A stretch of DNA of 64,000 nucleotides, taken from NCBI GenBank assembly GCA_016184145.1, contig JACPDF010000023.1, forward strand, positions 1,229 to 65,228, given 5' to 3'. How positions within the stretch are numbered: the stretch's first letter is position 1; every line of letters starts with the position of its first letter. The translations under genes and the position numbers were made by a program. The notes beneath the pieces were generated by a model. That model was not told the origin of the DNA, did no database searches, and saw only the letters and a list, made by a program, of their open reading frames with translations. Below are positions 19,595 to 28,244 of this stretch, one piece after another. This DNA is from Candidatus Woesearchaeota archaeon. GTDB lineage: Archaea > Nanobdellota > Nanobdellia > Woesearchaeales > GW2011-AR4.

Positions 19595-20233
19595 ATGGAA
19601 GCCAAAGAAATAAACATTACTTATGAAACCCTTTTTGAGATACTGAAGAGAGAGAGGGATACCGCTGACCTGCAGAAGCTTGACATTAACTTCTTTGACG
19701 ATTTTGTGGACTATCTTAATGAAAAAAAGAAGCTGCTGGAGAAAGAAGACTCTTTGTTTTCATATGACGAGAAAAAAAAAGTAGAGAAGCAGATTGACAA
19801 CGCAAGAAGAATAATCAAGGACATATACGAAAGAAGGGAAAAGAAGATAATGGGCATAGCGCTCATAAAAAGCAGGACCAAATCAGATGTTATGGACAAG
19901 TCCGCTTTTCTGGAGCATGAAAAAAAGCTTTTCAATGAGATTGTAAGGACTATGGACAGCTTCAGGAAGAGCATTATCCACAATGTAACCCTGGGAAAAA
20001 AGCCTTCAGAGACAAAAATTGAAAATAAAGAAATGGGAAGGGATGAAAGCGCTGGGAAAGATGCCAAGCAGGACAGCAGCACTGCAAAACTTGTAAGGTT
20101 TTTGCATTCCGTGCCTAAATTTGTCGGCAAGGAATTGGAAGAATACGGCCCTTTTGAAGAAGAGGACATTGCAAATCTGCCGTCGGAAATTGCAGATCTT
20201 CTCATAGGCAAAGGGAGAGTAAGGGAGAGTTGA
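19595..20233 (+). CDS. GINS-like replication factor (Gins51/Gins15-like)
   Basis: N-terminus ITYETLFEILKRERDTADLQKLDINFFDDFVDYLNEKKKLL resembles the archaeal Gins51 N-terminal helix; length about 210 aa. Confidence 0.4.
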   Translation: MEAKEINITYETLFEILKRERDTADLQKLDINFFDDFVDYLNEKKKLLEKEDSLFSYDEKKKVEKQIDNARRIIKDIYERREKKIMGIALIKSRTKSDVMDKSAFLEHEKKLFNEIVRTMDSFRKSIIHNVTLGKKPSETKIENKEMGRDESAGKDAKQDSSTAKLVRFLHSVPKFVGKELEEYGPFEEEDIANLPSEIADLLIGKGRVRES

Positions 20234-20355
20234 AGAGATTAAAAGCCAATAGGCAGTCAGAAGTTAAAGGCGAATTGAAAAATTATAAAATACATCCAAC
20301 ATTAATTTAGTGCCGATAGAAACCTTTTTAAATTAACTTTAGATACCGTTTTCTC

Positions 20356-20664
20356 ATGAAACTTCCCAAAACTGCGAATAGGTACTGCCCTTATTGCAAA
20401 ATTCATACGCCGCACAGGATAGCTTTAAACAAAAAGAAGGGCGCAAGGACCATGACTTATGGCAGCAAGATAAGGGCAAGACGAAGAGGCTCTGCGAGAG
20501 GCCTGGGCAACATGGGAAGGTACAGCAAGCCAGCTATTACCAAGTTCAAGATGACCGGCAAGAAAATGAGCAAGAAGACTGATTTAAGGTATGAGTGCAC
20601 CAAATGCAAGAAGCAGCACATGAAAAACAAAGGCTTCCGCGCAAAAAAGATAGAGTTCAAATAA
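20356..20664 (+). CDS. rpl44e: ribosomal protein L44e
   Basis: MKLPKTANRYCPYCKIHTPHRI... C4 zinc ribbon, very basic. Confidence 0.9.
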   Translation: MKLPKTANRYCPYCKIHTPHRIALNKKKGARTMTYGSKIRARRRGSARGLGNMGRYSKPAITKFKMTGKKMSKKTDLRYECTKCKKQHMKNKGFRAKKIEFK

Positions 20665-20848
20665 AGTTTCATATTCCAATAATAAATAAGCGAAGCCGAG
20701 CGATATGCATGAAAGCGAGGCTTCGCAGTATATGTTGTTGCGAAGCAACCGAATGAAAAATAAAATAAACATAATTTAATCAAGAACTATAGTTGCGGAG
20801 CATAATAAATAATATTAAAAAATATTAAGTTTGATTTAAAAACAACAA

Positions 20849-21046
20849 TTGGTGATGTTAATGAGGCAAATCAGGGAATCAACAAGCAAATTTGTAAAGA
20901 TACGCTGCCCAAAGTGCAAGAATGAGCAGATAATGTTTGGCAAGGCATCCTCAAAAGTCTTGTGCCTAGTATGCGGCAAGACGCTGGCCGAGCCTGGCGG
21001 AGGAAAAAGCAGGGTAAAAGCAAGAATTTTGGAGGTTCTTGCGTAA
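20849..21046 (+). CDS. rps27e: ribosomal protein S27e
   Basis: KIRCPKCKNEQIMFGKASSKVLCLVCGKTL C4 zinc finger, 65 aa. Confidence 0.9.
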   Translation: MVMLMRQIRESTSKFVKIRCPKCKNEQIMFGKASSKVLCLVCGKTLAEPGGGKSRVKARILEVLA

Positions 21047-21060
21047 GGTTTATTCTGAAA

Positions 21061-21843
21061 ATGCTCTTAAAAAAGGAAGGGTTTCCGGAAGAAGATGAGT
21101 TAGTAATGTGCACTATAACAAAAGTGCAGTTTCATTCTGTTTTTGCGCAGCTTGATGAATATGATAAGAGCGGCATGATACATATTTCCGAGATAAGCCC
21201 GGGAAGAATAAGGAACATAAGGGATTTTGTTAAAGAGGGAAAAAAAGTTGTATGCAAGGTCCTGCGCGTAAATAAGGAAAAAGGCCATATAGATCTTTCT
21301 TTGAGAAGGGTGGCAGAAACTCAGAGAAGGAATAAGGTAGATGAATTAAAGCAGGAGCAGAAAGCGGAAAAAATAGTTGAATTTGCCGCAAAGGACATTA
21401 ATGTTCCGCTAAAAAATCTGTTTGAGGACATAACAAGCAATATATCAAAAAAATACTCGTCCTTGAATGAGTTCTTCCAGGCGGTTGTTGCAGACAACAA
21501 TGCCGTTAAGGATGCTGGCCTGGATGCAAAGGCTGCAAAAAAGCTTGAGGAAGCAATTAAGGCAAGAATAAAGGAGACAACAGTCAAAATTGAAGGGAAG
21601 CTAAAGCTGACAAGCTTTGCTCCCGATGGGGTGGATGTAATCAGGGAGGCATTGAAAAAAGCGGAAGAAGCGGCAAAAGGCAATATAACAATAAAATACC
21701 TGGGTGGAGGTTCCTATAATGTTGCCATTAATGCGAAAGACTATAAGGAAGCTGAGAAATTGCTTAAGGAAGCGACAGAGAAGGCAGTGGAGCACTTAAG
21801 GAAGAATGAAGGAAAAGGGGAATTTGTAAGGCTTGAGGCCTAA
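21061..21843 (+). CDS. eif2a: translation initiation factor 2 alpha subunit
   Basis: S1 domain (GMIHISEISPGRIRNIRDFVKEGKKVVCKVLRV) then the alpha-helical/C-terminal domain; start taken at MLLKKEG rather than the ORF-track extension that overlaps S27e. Confidence 0.85.
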   Translation: MLLKKEGFPEEDELVMCTITKVQFHSVFAQLDEYDKSGMIHISEISPGRIRNIRDFVKEGKKVVCKVLRVNKEKGHIDLSLRRVAETQRRNKVDELKQEQKAEKIVEFAAKDINVPLKNLFEDITSNISKKYSSLNEFFQAVVADNNAVKDAGLDAKAAKKLEEAIKARIKETTVKIEGKLKLTSFAPDGVDVIREALKKAEEAAKGNITIKYLGGGSYNVAINAKDYKEAEKLLKEATEKAVEHLRKNEGKGEFVRLEA

Positions 21844-21844
21844 G

Positions 21845-22018
21845 ATGAAAGGCATATTAAAATGCAGCAATTGCGGAAAATACACTATGAAGGAAACATG
21901 CAGCTGCGGCTCTAAAGCAATAACGCCTAAGCCAGGCAAATTCAGCCCGCAGGACAAATATGCCGAGTACAGGAGAAAAGCCAAGATTGATGATTTTAAA
22001 AAAAGGGAGTTAATATGA
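21845..22018 (+). CDS. nop10: H/ACA RNP protein Nop10
   Basis: MKGILKCSNCGKYTMKETCSCGSKAITPKPGKFSPQDKY zinc ribbon. Confidence 0.8.
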   Translation: MKGILKCSNCGKYTMKETCSCGSKAITPKPGKFSPQDKYAEYRRKAKIDDFKKRELI

Positions 22019-22812
22019 GCACATGGAAAATCGACCAGATAGGAAAAAAGCCAATCCTCAATAACCTTATATTTATAGAAGGGCTTCCCGGCATTGGAAA
22101 TGTTGGAAAGGTAGCAGTTGATTTTCTTATCGACGAATTAGATGCAAAAAAGCTCTATGAAATAACATCCTACTCGTTTCCCCATTCTGTTTTTGTGAAT
22201 GAGGACAATCTTGTGGAGCTGCCCATGATTGAGATTTTTTACAAAAAATTCAACGGCAAAAGGCCTGATTTGCTGTTAATGGGAGGTGATGTGCAGCCTA
22301 CTGACGAAGTAAGCAGCTATGAGTTCTCGGATAAGGTCCTTGACATGATAGAGCAGTTCAAAGGCAAAGAAATCATTACTTTAGGAGGCATAGGGCTTGC
22401 AGAAGTCCCAAAAAAGCCGAAAGTATACTGCACGGGAAATTCAAAAAAGATAATAGACAAATACAAAATGGACATGGTTGACAGCAAGCTTTACGGCGTT
22501 GTAGGGCCCATTGTAGGCGTTTCAGGATTATTGATGGGCCTGGCAAAAAGAAGGAAGATAGATGCCATCTCGTTCCTTGCAGAGACCTATGGTCATCCAA
22601 TGTACCTTGGCATCAAGGGCTCAAGGGAGATCCTCAAGGTCCTTGACAAAAAGCTGAACCTTAAAATAGACATGAACAGGCTTGACAAGGAAATAAAGGA
22701 AATAGAAGGGGACATAATCAAGAGGACTGAGCAGTTAAGCGAGGTTTCAAAGCAGGCTGCAATTAAAAAGCTTAGGAGCAAGTTCGGTGGGGAAGTTGAT
22801 TATATAGGTTAA
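22015..22812 (+). CDS. PAC2-family proteasome assembly chaperone-like protein
   Basis: EGLPGIGNVGKVA motif; conserved archaeal neighbour of Nop10/eIF2alpha. Confidence 0.7.
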   Translation: MSTWKIDQIGKKPILNNLIFIEGLPGIGNVGKVAVDFLIDELDAKKLYEITSYSFPHSVFVNEDNLVELPMIEIFYKKFNGKRPDLLLMGGDVQPTDEVSSYEFSDKVLDMIEQFKGKEIITLGGIGLAEVPKKPKVYCTGNSKKIIDKYKMDMVDSKLYGVVGPIVGVSGLLMGLAKRRKIDAISFLAETYGHPMYLGIKGSREILKVLDKKLNLKIDMNRLDKEIKEIEGDIIKRTEQLSEVSKQAAIKKLRSKFGGEVDYIG

Positions 22813-22869
22813 GCTCGCATTCCAAAATATTTATAAACGCATTCCAGACTTTTAACAAGGGGTGGTATT

Positions 22870-24186
22870 TTGCCTAAGATAAAAAAGATAACAGCAAGGG
22901 AAGTTCTTGATTCCAGGGGAAATCCTACTGTAGAGGCAGATGTTCTAACGGAAAAGTTTGTTGCAAGCTCTATTGTTCCTTCCGGCGCATCAACGGGAAA
23001 GCATGAGGCATTAGAGCTTAGGGATAACGATAAAAAAAGGTATGATAGAAAGGGCGTCTTGAAAGCTGTGGACAATATCAACAAAATTATTTCTAAAAAA
23101 CTGGTTGGCTTGGATTGCAGAAATCAAAAGCAGATTGACGAATTGATGATAAGCTTGGATGGAACAGAAAACAAATCAAAATTAGGCGCAAATGCCATGC
23201 TTGCTGTTTCCATGGCTGTGTGCAAGGCAGGAGCATTGCATAATAATGCGGATTTATTTGAATATATCAGAAGAATTTCAGGCTCAAAAGAGATTTCTTT
23301 GCCAATACCGCAGCTGAACATCATTAATGGCGGAAAGCATGCCGGAATGGAAAATGACATCCAGGAGCATATGATAATGCCATTTAATTTCAAAAATTTT
23401 AAGGATGCTTTAAGGGCAGGTGTCGAGGTTTATCACGAGCTAAAAAGCCTTTTGAAGCAAAGATACGGCGCCCAAGGCACCTTGCTTGCCGATGAGGGCG
23501 GATTTGCTCCAAAGGCAAATAACATTCATGACAGGCTGGATTTGATAAGCAACGCAATAAGAAACGCCGGCTATGAAAAGAAAATCAAGCTGGCCCTGGA
23601 CTGTGCTGCTTCTGAATTTTACTATGATGGCTATTATAAAGTTGGCAATGAAAAATATAATTTCCGGCAATTAATTGATTTCTATAGAAAGCTCGTCGAG
23701 AAATATGAAATAATATCGATTGAAGACGGCATGGCGGAAGATGACTGGCAGGGATGGCAGCAATTAACTAAAGAGTTAGGAAGCAGAATACAATTGGTCG
23801 GAGATGATTTATTAGTCACAAATACAGATAGGATTAAAAAAGCAATAAAAGAAAGCTCCTGCAATTCATTATTGCTGAAAGTCAACCAGATAGGCACTGT
23901 AACAGAAGCGATTGAAGCCGCAAACTTGGCTTTTAAAAACCGCTGGAAAGTAGTTGTAAGCCATAGGAGCGGTGAAACAGAAGATTCCTTTATTGCAGAC
24001 CTTGTTGTCGGCTTAAATGCTGGCCAAAGCAAGTTTGGAGCTCCAGCAAGATCAGAAAGAACTGCAAAATACAACAGGCTTTTAAGGATAGAGGAGATAC
24101 TCGAAAATCAAAGATTTTCGGTACCCCGAAAATCCAAGGGGTTTTCTAGGGTTTTGGGAAAGAAAGCAAAGCTTGCGAAATTCTAA
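22870..24186 (+). CDS. eno: enolase, with a 17-aa C-terminal insertion encoded by a palindromic mini-repeat
   Basis: [19 protein letters not shown]..., SHRSGETED; C-terminus RIEEILE[[17 protein letters not shown]]GKKAKLAKF. Confidence 0.95.
   Translation: MPKIKKITAREVLDSRGNPTVEADVLTEKFVASSIVPSGASTGKHEALELRDNDKKRYDRKGVLKAVDNINKIISKKLVGLDCRNQKQIDELMISLDGTENKSKLGANAMLAVSMAVCKAGALHNNADLFEYIRRISGSKEISLPIPQLNIINGGKHAGMENDIQEHMIMPFNFKNFKDALRAGVEVYHELKSLLKQRYGAQGTLLADEGGFAPKANNIHDRLDLISNAIRNAGYEKKIKLALDCAASEFYYDGYYKVGNEKYNFRQLIDFYRKLVEKYEIISIEDGMAEDDWQGWQQLTKELGSRIQLVGDDLLVTNTDRIKKAIKESSCNSLLLKVNQIGTVTEAIEAANLAFKNRWKVVVSHRSGETEDSFIADLVVGLNAGQSKFGAPARSERTAKYNRLLRIEEILENQRFSVPRKSKGFSRVLGKKAKLAKF
24103..24146. 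repeat. overlapping palindromic mini-repeat inside the enolase 3' coding end
   Basis: gaaaatcaaagattttc / ttttcggtaccccgaaaa / gaaaatccaaggggttttc; the first 17-mer is identical to 18226-18242. Confidence 0.55.
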
Positions 24187-24187
24187 G

Positions 24188-24934
24188 ATGATGAAGCTAG
24201 TACTTTTAAGGCATGGAGAAAGCGTCTGGAACAAGGAAAATAGGTTTACAGGCTGGACTGATGTTGGTCTTACGGAAAAAGGAGTGGAAGAAGCAAAGGA
24301 AGCAGCCAAGGTATTGAAAAAAGAAGGCTATGATTTTGATGTTGTTTTTACCAACGTATTAAAAAGGGCAACCAAGACAACAGAGATAGTTCTTAAGGAA
24401 ATGGGGCTTAAAATTCCCGTCCATAAAGCCTGGCAATTAAATGAGAGGCATTACGGGGCCTTGCAGGGCCTTAACAAGTCTGAAATGGCAGCTAAGTATG
24501 GTGAGGAGCAGGTGCTTAAATGGAGAAGAAACTATGACATAAGGCCGCCGGCATTGGCAAAGGACGATAAAAGATACCCCGGCAAGGACCCGATGTATGA
24601 AGGTTTAGATAAAAAAGATATCCCTTTGACAGAGAGCCTTAAGGATTGCGTTGCCAGAGTTAAGCCGTATTGGGAGAATTCTATCATACCCAAACTTAAA
24701 GCAGAAAAAAAGGTTTTGGTTTCTGCATCTGGAAACAGCTTAAGGGCTTTGGTAAAAATAATTGATAATATTTCCGACGAGGAAATCGTGCATTTTAACA
24801 TTCCAACCGGAATCCCATTAGTTTACGAACTTGACAAAAATTTCAGAGCTATAAAGCATTACTTCTTAGGCAATCCCGAAGAGATAAAAAGGAGAATGGA
24901 AGCTGTAGCTGCACAGGGCAGGGCAAAAAAATAG
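24188..24934 (+). CDS. gpmA: 2,3-bisphosphoglycerate-dependent phosphoglycerate mutase
   Basis: [29 protein letters not shown] histidine-phosphatase signature; overlaps the enolase stop. Confidence 0.85.
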   Translation: MMKLVLLRHGESVWNKENRFTGWTDVGLTEKGVEEAKEAAKVLKKEGYDFDVVFTNVLKRATKTTEIVLKEMGLKIPVHKAWQLNERHYGALQGLNKSEMAAKYGEEQVLKWRRNYDIRPPALAKDDKRYPGKDPMYEGLDKKDIPLTESLKDCVARVKPYWENSIIPKLKAEKKVLVSASGNSLRALVKIIDNISDEEIVHFNIPTGIPLVYELDKNFRAIKHYFLGNPEEIKRRMEAVAAQGRAKK

Positions 24935-24947
24935 CAGCTTTTTGTAT

Positions 24948-25415
24948 CTATTTTGCTTTCTTTAAATTATCTCTATAAAAACCAATTTCTTCTTCATTTA
25001 GGTTTGAAATAAAATTATCAAACTCAGAAATAAACGTTTTTGCTTCTTGAAGCATCCTTTCTACCTCCTCTTCCTTGCCTACTTTCATGTAATATTGCGC
25101 ATCAATTCTTTTGTTTTTATGCTCATTTATTATTTTTGTTTTTTCTTCTCCAAGGAGATGTGTTGCTGCTAAGATGGAACAAAAATGATTTTCACATTTT
25201 ATGCCTATCCTCTGAAGGAAAGAGTACAATGCATAATATTCCGCGTAATAAATTACAACTGTAGCCCAAAGCAGGTCACCATCTTTAAAATTCTTTTCAG
25301 CTCTTTTTAATGAAGACTTGCTTTCTTTAAGATAAGATTTTGCCAGTCTTTCATTAGATTCAAATATCCTTAGGCCATCTTTTAACTTAAAGCACCATCT
25401 TATTTTATTTTGCAT
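24948..25415 (-). CDS. HEPN-domain protein (partner of the adjacent nucleotidyltransferase)
   Basis: all-helical, about 155 aa, motif region KNKRIDAQYY; 11-nt overlap with the upstream MNT gene. Confidence 0.55.
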   Translation of the reverse strand: MQNKIRWCFKLKDGLRIFESNERLAKSYLKESKSSLKRAEKNFKDGDLLWATVVIYYAEYYALYSFLQRIGIKCENHFCSILAATHLLGEEKTKIINEHKNKRIDAQYYMKVGKEEEVERMLQEAKTFISEFDNFISNLNEEEIGFYRDNLKKAK

Positions 25416-25983
25416 TTTTCCTCCACATAGCATTAACATAAAAGGAATGGTTATTCAGGACTATATGATTTTCCGCAACCTCCTTAAGCAAGGTGTTATC
25501 GTCTTCGGATAAAAATTGGTCGTATGTCAAATCTATTTTATGTATCTTATAGGGGAGCAAATGAGACGGAATATCAAAGTTTCCATCAAGTTTTGATATG
25601 GCTAGAATATCTAAGTCTGAACCTGCTTTTGCAGCAAATTTGGCAAAACTGCCAAACACTATTAAAGGCATATTTGACTCCAATCCCTTAATAAATGTCT
25701 TGGATAGAGGATACTTACCCAAAAATAACAGGGTTTTATAAATCTCGGATTGCAGCAAATAAAATTTTGTTTCTATATTGTCTAGGTTTAGCCCAAAGTA
25801 TTTGTTCTTCCCCCTTATAGTACCCCTTAATATCTTGCTTTTTTCAAGTTCTGATAACAAATTTTGTGTTGTTTTTAGAGGTATTTTAGTTAATTCGCTT
25901 ATTTCCCTAAGATAAAACTGATTAGTATAACTCCCAAGATAAAGCGTCAAAAGTGCCAGTCTTTTGTTCCTTTTTTGATACAT
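25405..25983 (-). CDS. nucleotidyltransferase (MNT) with N-terminal winged-helix domain
   Basis: LIVFGSFAKFAAKAGSDLDILAI (GS...DxD) polymerase-beta NTase motif. Confidence 0.65.
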   Translation of the reverse strand: MYQKRNKRLALLTLYLGSYTNQFYLREISELTKIPLKTTQNLLSELEKSKILRGTIRGKNKYFGLNLDNIETKFYLLQSEIYKTLLFLGKYPLSKTFIKGLESNMPLIVFGSFAKFAAKAGSDLDILAISKLDGNFDIPSHLLPYKIHKIDLTYDQFLSEDDNTLLKEVAENHIVLNNHSFYVNAMWRKNAK

Positions 25984-26033
25984 ATGTATATATTTTGATA
26001 CAATTGTATATAAACTTTTCGGTTTTTAGCAAG

Positions 26034-26897
26034 TTATTTCTCCAAAGCCAAAGCAGCCGCTCCCAAAATGCCTGCATCTTTTAAATTTGATTTTGCAATG
26101 GGGCATGGCTTTGCGAAATATCTTTTTCTTATTGTCTCATCCATGCTTTTTGAGAAAAATTTCCATGAGTTAGATATTTTGCCCCCAACAACAATAATGT
26201 CAGGGTCAAAAGCGTATAATAAATTTGCCAGTTCTGCACCCAGATAATTTCCCATTTTTTCAAAAGCCTTTTTCGCTTTTTTATCCCCTTTCATGGCAAG
26301 CTGATATATAGAATAAGGATTATTTTTACCGTCATAAAGCCTTGTTATGCCTCTTGCTGCGGCATATTCCTCTATGTCCCCGTCATTGCCGCTTCTTGCT
26401 TTAATCCCGTCAAACTTTATCGTCATATGGCCTAATTCAGCAGCATTGCTCCTTCCGTGGAATATTCTTTTGTTGGTTACAAAACCTCCCCCAAGCCCTG
26501 TTCCGAGCGTAATGCCAATGATATTTTCATATTTTTTTCCAGAACCAAAAACTGCCTCTCCCAAGGCAAAGCAATTAGCATCATTATCCAAATAGGTTTT
26601 TATCTTAAATTTATTTTGAATAATGTTTTTTAATGATATATTTCGAAATGGCAAATTTACCGGATTGATTATTATGCCTTTCTTATAATCCATAGGCCCG
26701 GGGCTTCCGATGCCTATTCCAGCAATTTTGCCTGATTTTACTTCATTTACTGCTGATATTATGTTCTTTATTACCCTTTTTGCGCCTTTTTTTGCTTCCG
26801 TCGGCATTTCATATTTTTTTATTATTTTTCCTGTTGATGAGACTAATCCCGTTTTTATGCTTGTGCCGCCCAAATCAATTCCTATTATGTTTGCCAT
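26034..26897 (-). CDS. glk: ROK-family glucokinase
   Basis: MANIIGIDLGGTSIKTGLV ... GLGGGFV ... ELGHM typical ROK motifs. Confidence 0.8.
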   Translation of the reverse strand: MANIIGIDLGGTSIKTGLVSSTGKIIKKYEMPTEAKKGAKRVIKNIISAVNEVKSGKIAGIGIGSPGPMDYKKGIIINPVNLPFRNISLKNIIQNKFKIKTYLDNDANCFALGEAVFGSGKKYENIIGITLGTGLGGGFVTNKRIFHGRSNAAELGHMTIKFDGIKARSGNDGDIEEYAAARGITRLYDGKNNPYSIYQLAMKGDKKAKKAFEKMGNYLGAELANLLYAFDPDIIVVGGKISNSWKFFSKSMDETIRKRYFAKPCPIAKSNLKDAGILGAAALALEK

Positions 26898-26963
26898 TTT
26901 TGCAATGCCTTGTATAATATATTCTTTTAATTCATTTATAAGCTAATTGGTTTTTATAGCTTT

Positions 26964-27671
26964 TTGTTTTTCACAATCTTTAAAAATCAGCAGAAATTAT
27001 TTCAGGTTATGGACTTAAAAACGATAAAAAATAAGATACCAAAAGAGCTGTATAATATCCTTGAAAAAGAAATCAAGGCATTAAGGCCTGCCCAGACAAA
27101 AGCCGTGGAAAAAGGCCTTCTGGAAGGAAAAAATCTCCTTGTATGCACTCCTACAGCATCGGGAAAGACCTTGATAGCGGAATTAGCAGCATTAAAGTCC
27201 ATTTTGGAAGGCAGTGGAAAAGCCATATATATAGTCCCGTTAAAGGCGCTTGCATCCGAAAAATTCAGGGATTTTAAGCAAAGATACGGCCATTTGATTA
27301 AAGTTGCTTTGTCAATTGGGGATATAGATTCTGCAGATTCCTATCTGGTTGATTACGACCTTATCATTACAACATCAGAGAAATTAGATAGTTTAATAAG
27401 GCATCATGCTCCATGGCTAAGCCTGATATCAACAATAATTATAGACGAGATTCATTTATTAAATGACCCGGGAAGGGGCCCTACATTGGAAATATTAATC
27501 ACAATATTAAGGCAATTACTGAAAAAATCCCAAATCATAGGATTGTCAGCCACAATTGGGAATCCTGAAGAATTGGCAGAATGGCTAAAAGCAGAGCTGG
27601 TAATTGATGATTGGAGACCGGTAAAGCTGCAAAAAGGGATTTATTTGAATGGGGAGATTGAGTTTGAATAA
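26964..27671 (+). pseudogene. Hel308/Ski2-like DEAD/DEAH helicase, N-terminal RecA domain only (probable truncated remnant)
   Basis: Walker A CTPTASGKT and DEIH present, but the ORF stops after about 235 aa with no domain 2; the stop abuts the first 47-bp repeat of the hicBA cassette. Confidence 0.4.
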
Positions 27672-27781
27672 TTAAAGCCCCAGCCCCTCAACAACAAGCC
27701 TAGGCTCAAATTCCTTTAAGTACGAATGCTTTTGCCATTAAATACAAAAGTTTTAAAAACACCTTAATAATAGTATAGACT

Positions 27782-28045
27782 ATGGAAAAGAAATACTTTA
27801 TGGATATTGTGATTAATAAGGAAAAATTAAGCGATGGAAGTTCTGTTTTTGTAGCTCATTGCCTTACTTTGGGCATTGCCAGCCAAGGCAATGATATGGA
27901 CGAGGCTATGAAAAATATTAAAGAGGCCATTGAATTATACCTAGAAGAGCAACCAGAAAAATATGATATATTAAGCAACGAGCCCCCTTTATTTTCTGTT
28001 GTTGAGGTGACTAAGGGTGCCAAAGCTGCCAGTGTTATCAGGTAA
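27782..28045 (+). CDS. hicB: HicB-like antitoxin (UPF0150 fold)
   Basis: 87 aa, FVAHCLTLGIASQGNDMDEAMKNIKEAIELYLE; overlaps hicA. Confidence 0.55.
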   Translation: MEKKYFMDIVINKEKLSDGSSVFVAHCLTLGIASQGNDMDEAMKNIKEAIELYLEEQPEKYDILSNEPPLFSVVEVTKGAKAASVIR

Positions 28046-28244
28046 AGACATTATCAAAGTTCTTTCTAAAATAGGCTTTGAGCATGTGAGAACAAAAGGA
28101 AGCCATGCAATTTTAAATAAGCAAACAGAAAAAGGCAAGGTAACTGTGCCAGTTCCGTTGCATAAAGAGCTTGCAAAAGGGACATTAAAAAGTATAATGA
28201 AGCAAGCAGGATTAAGTTTAGAGGATCTTCTTAAATTATTATAA
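28017..28244 (+). CDS. hicA: HicA toxin (YcfA-like mRNA interferase)
   Basis: LSGKDIIKVLSKIGFEHVRTKGSHAIL signature, 75 aa. Confidence 0.7.
   Translation: MPKLPVLSGKDIIKVLSKIGFEHVRTKGSHAILNKQTEKGKVTVPVPLHKELAKGTLKSIMKQAGLSLEDLLKLL

Noticed and set aside
20962-21060. N-terminal extension of the eIF2alpha ORF (MPSMRQDAG...) overlapping the S27e gene
   Set aside because: The homologous eIF2alpha sequence starts at MLLKKEG (21061); the extension is out of frame with S27e and is an arginine/lysine-rich read-through of the upstream gene's 3' end.
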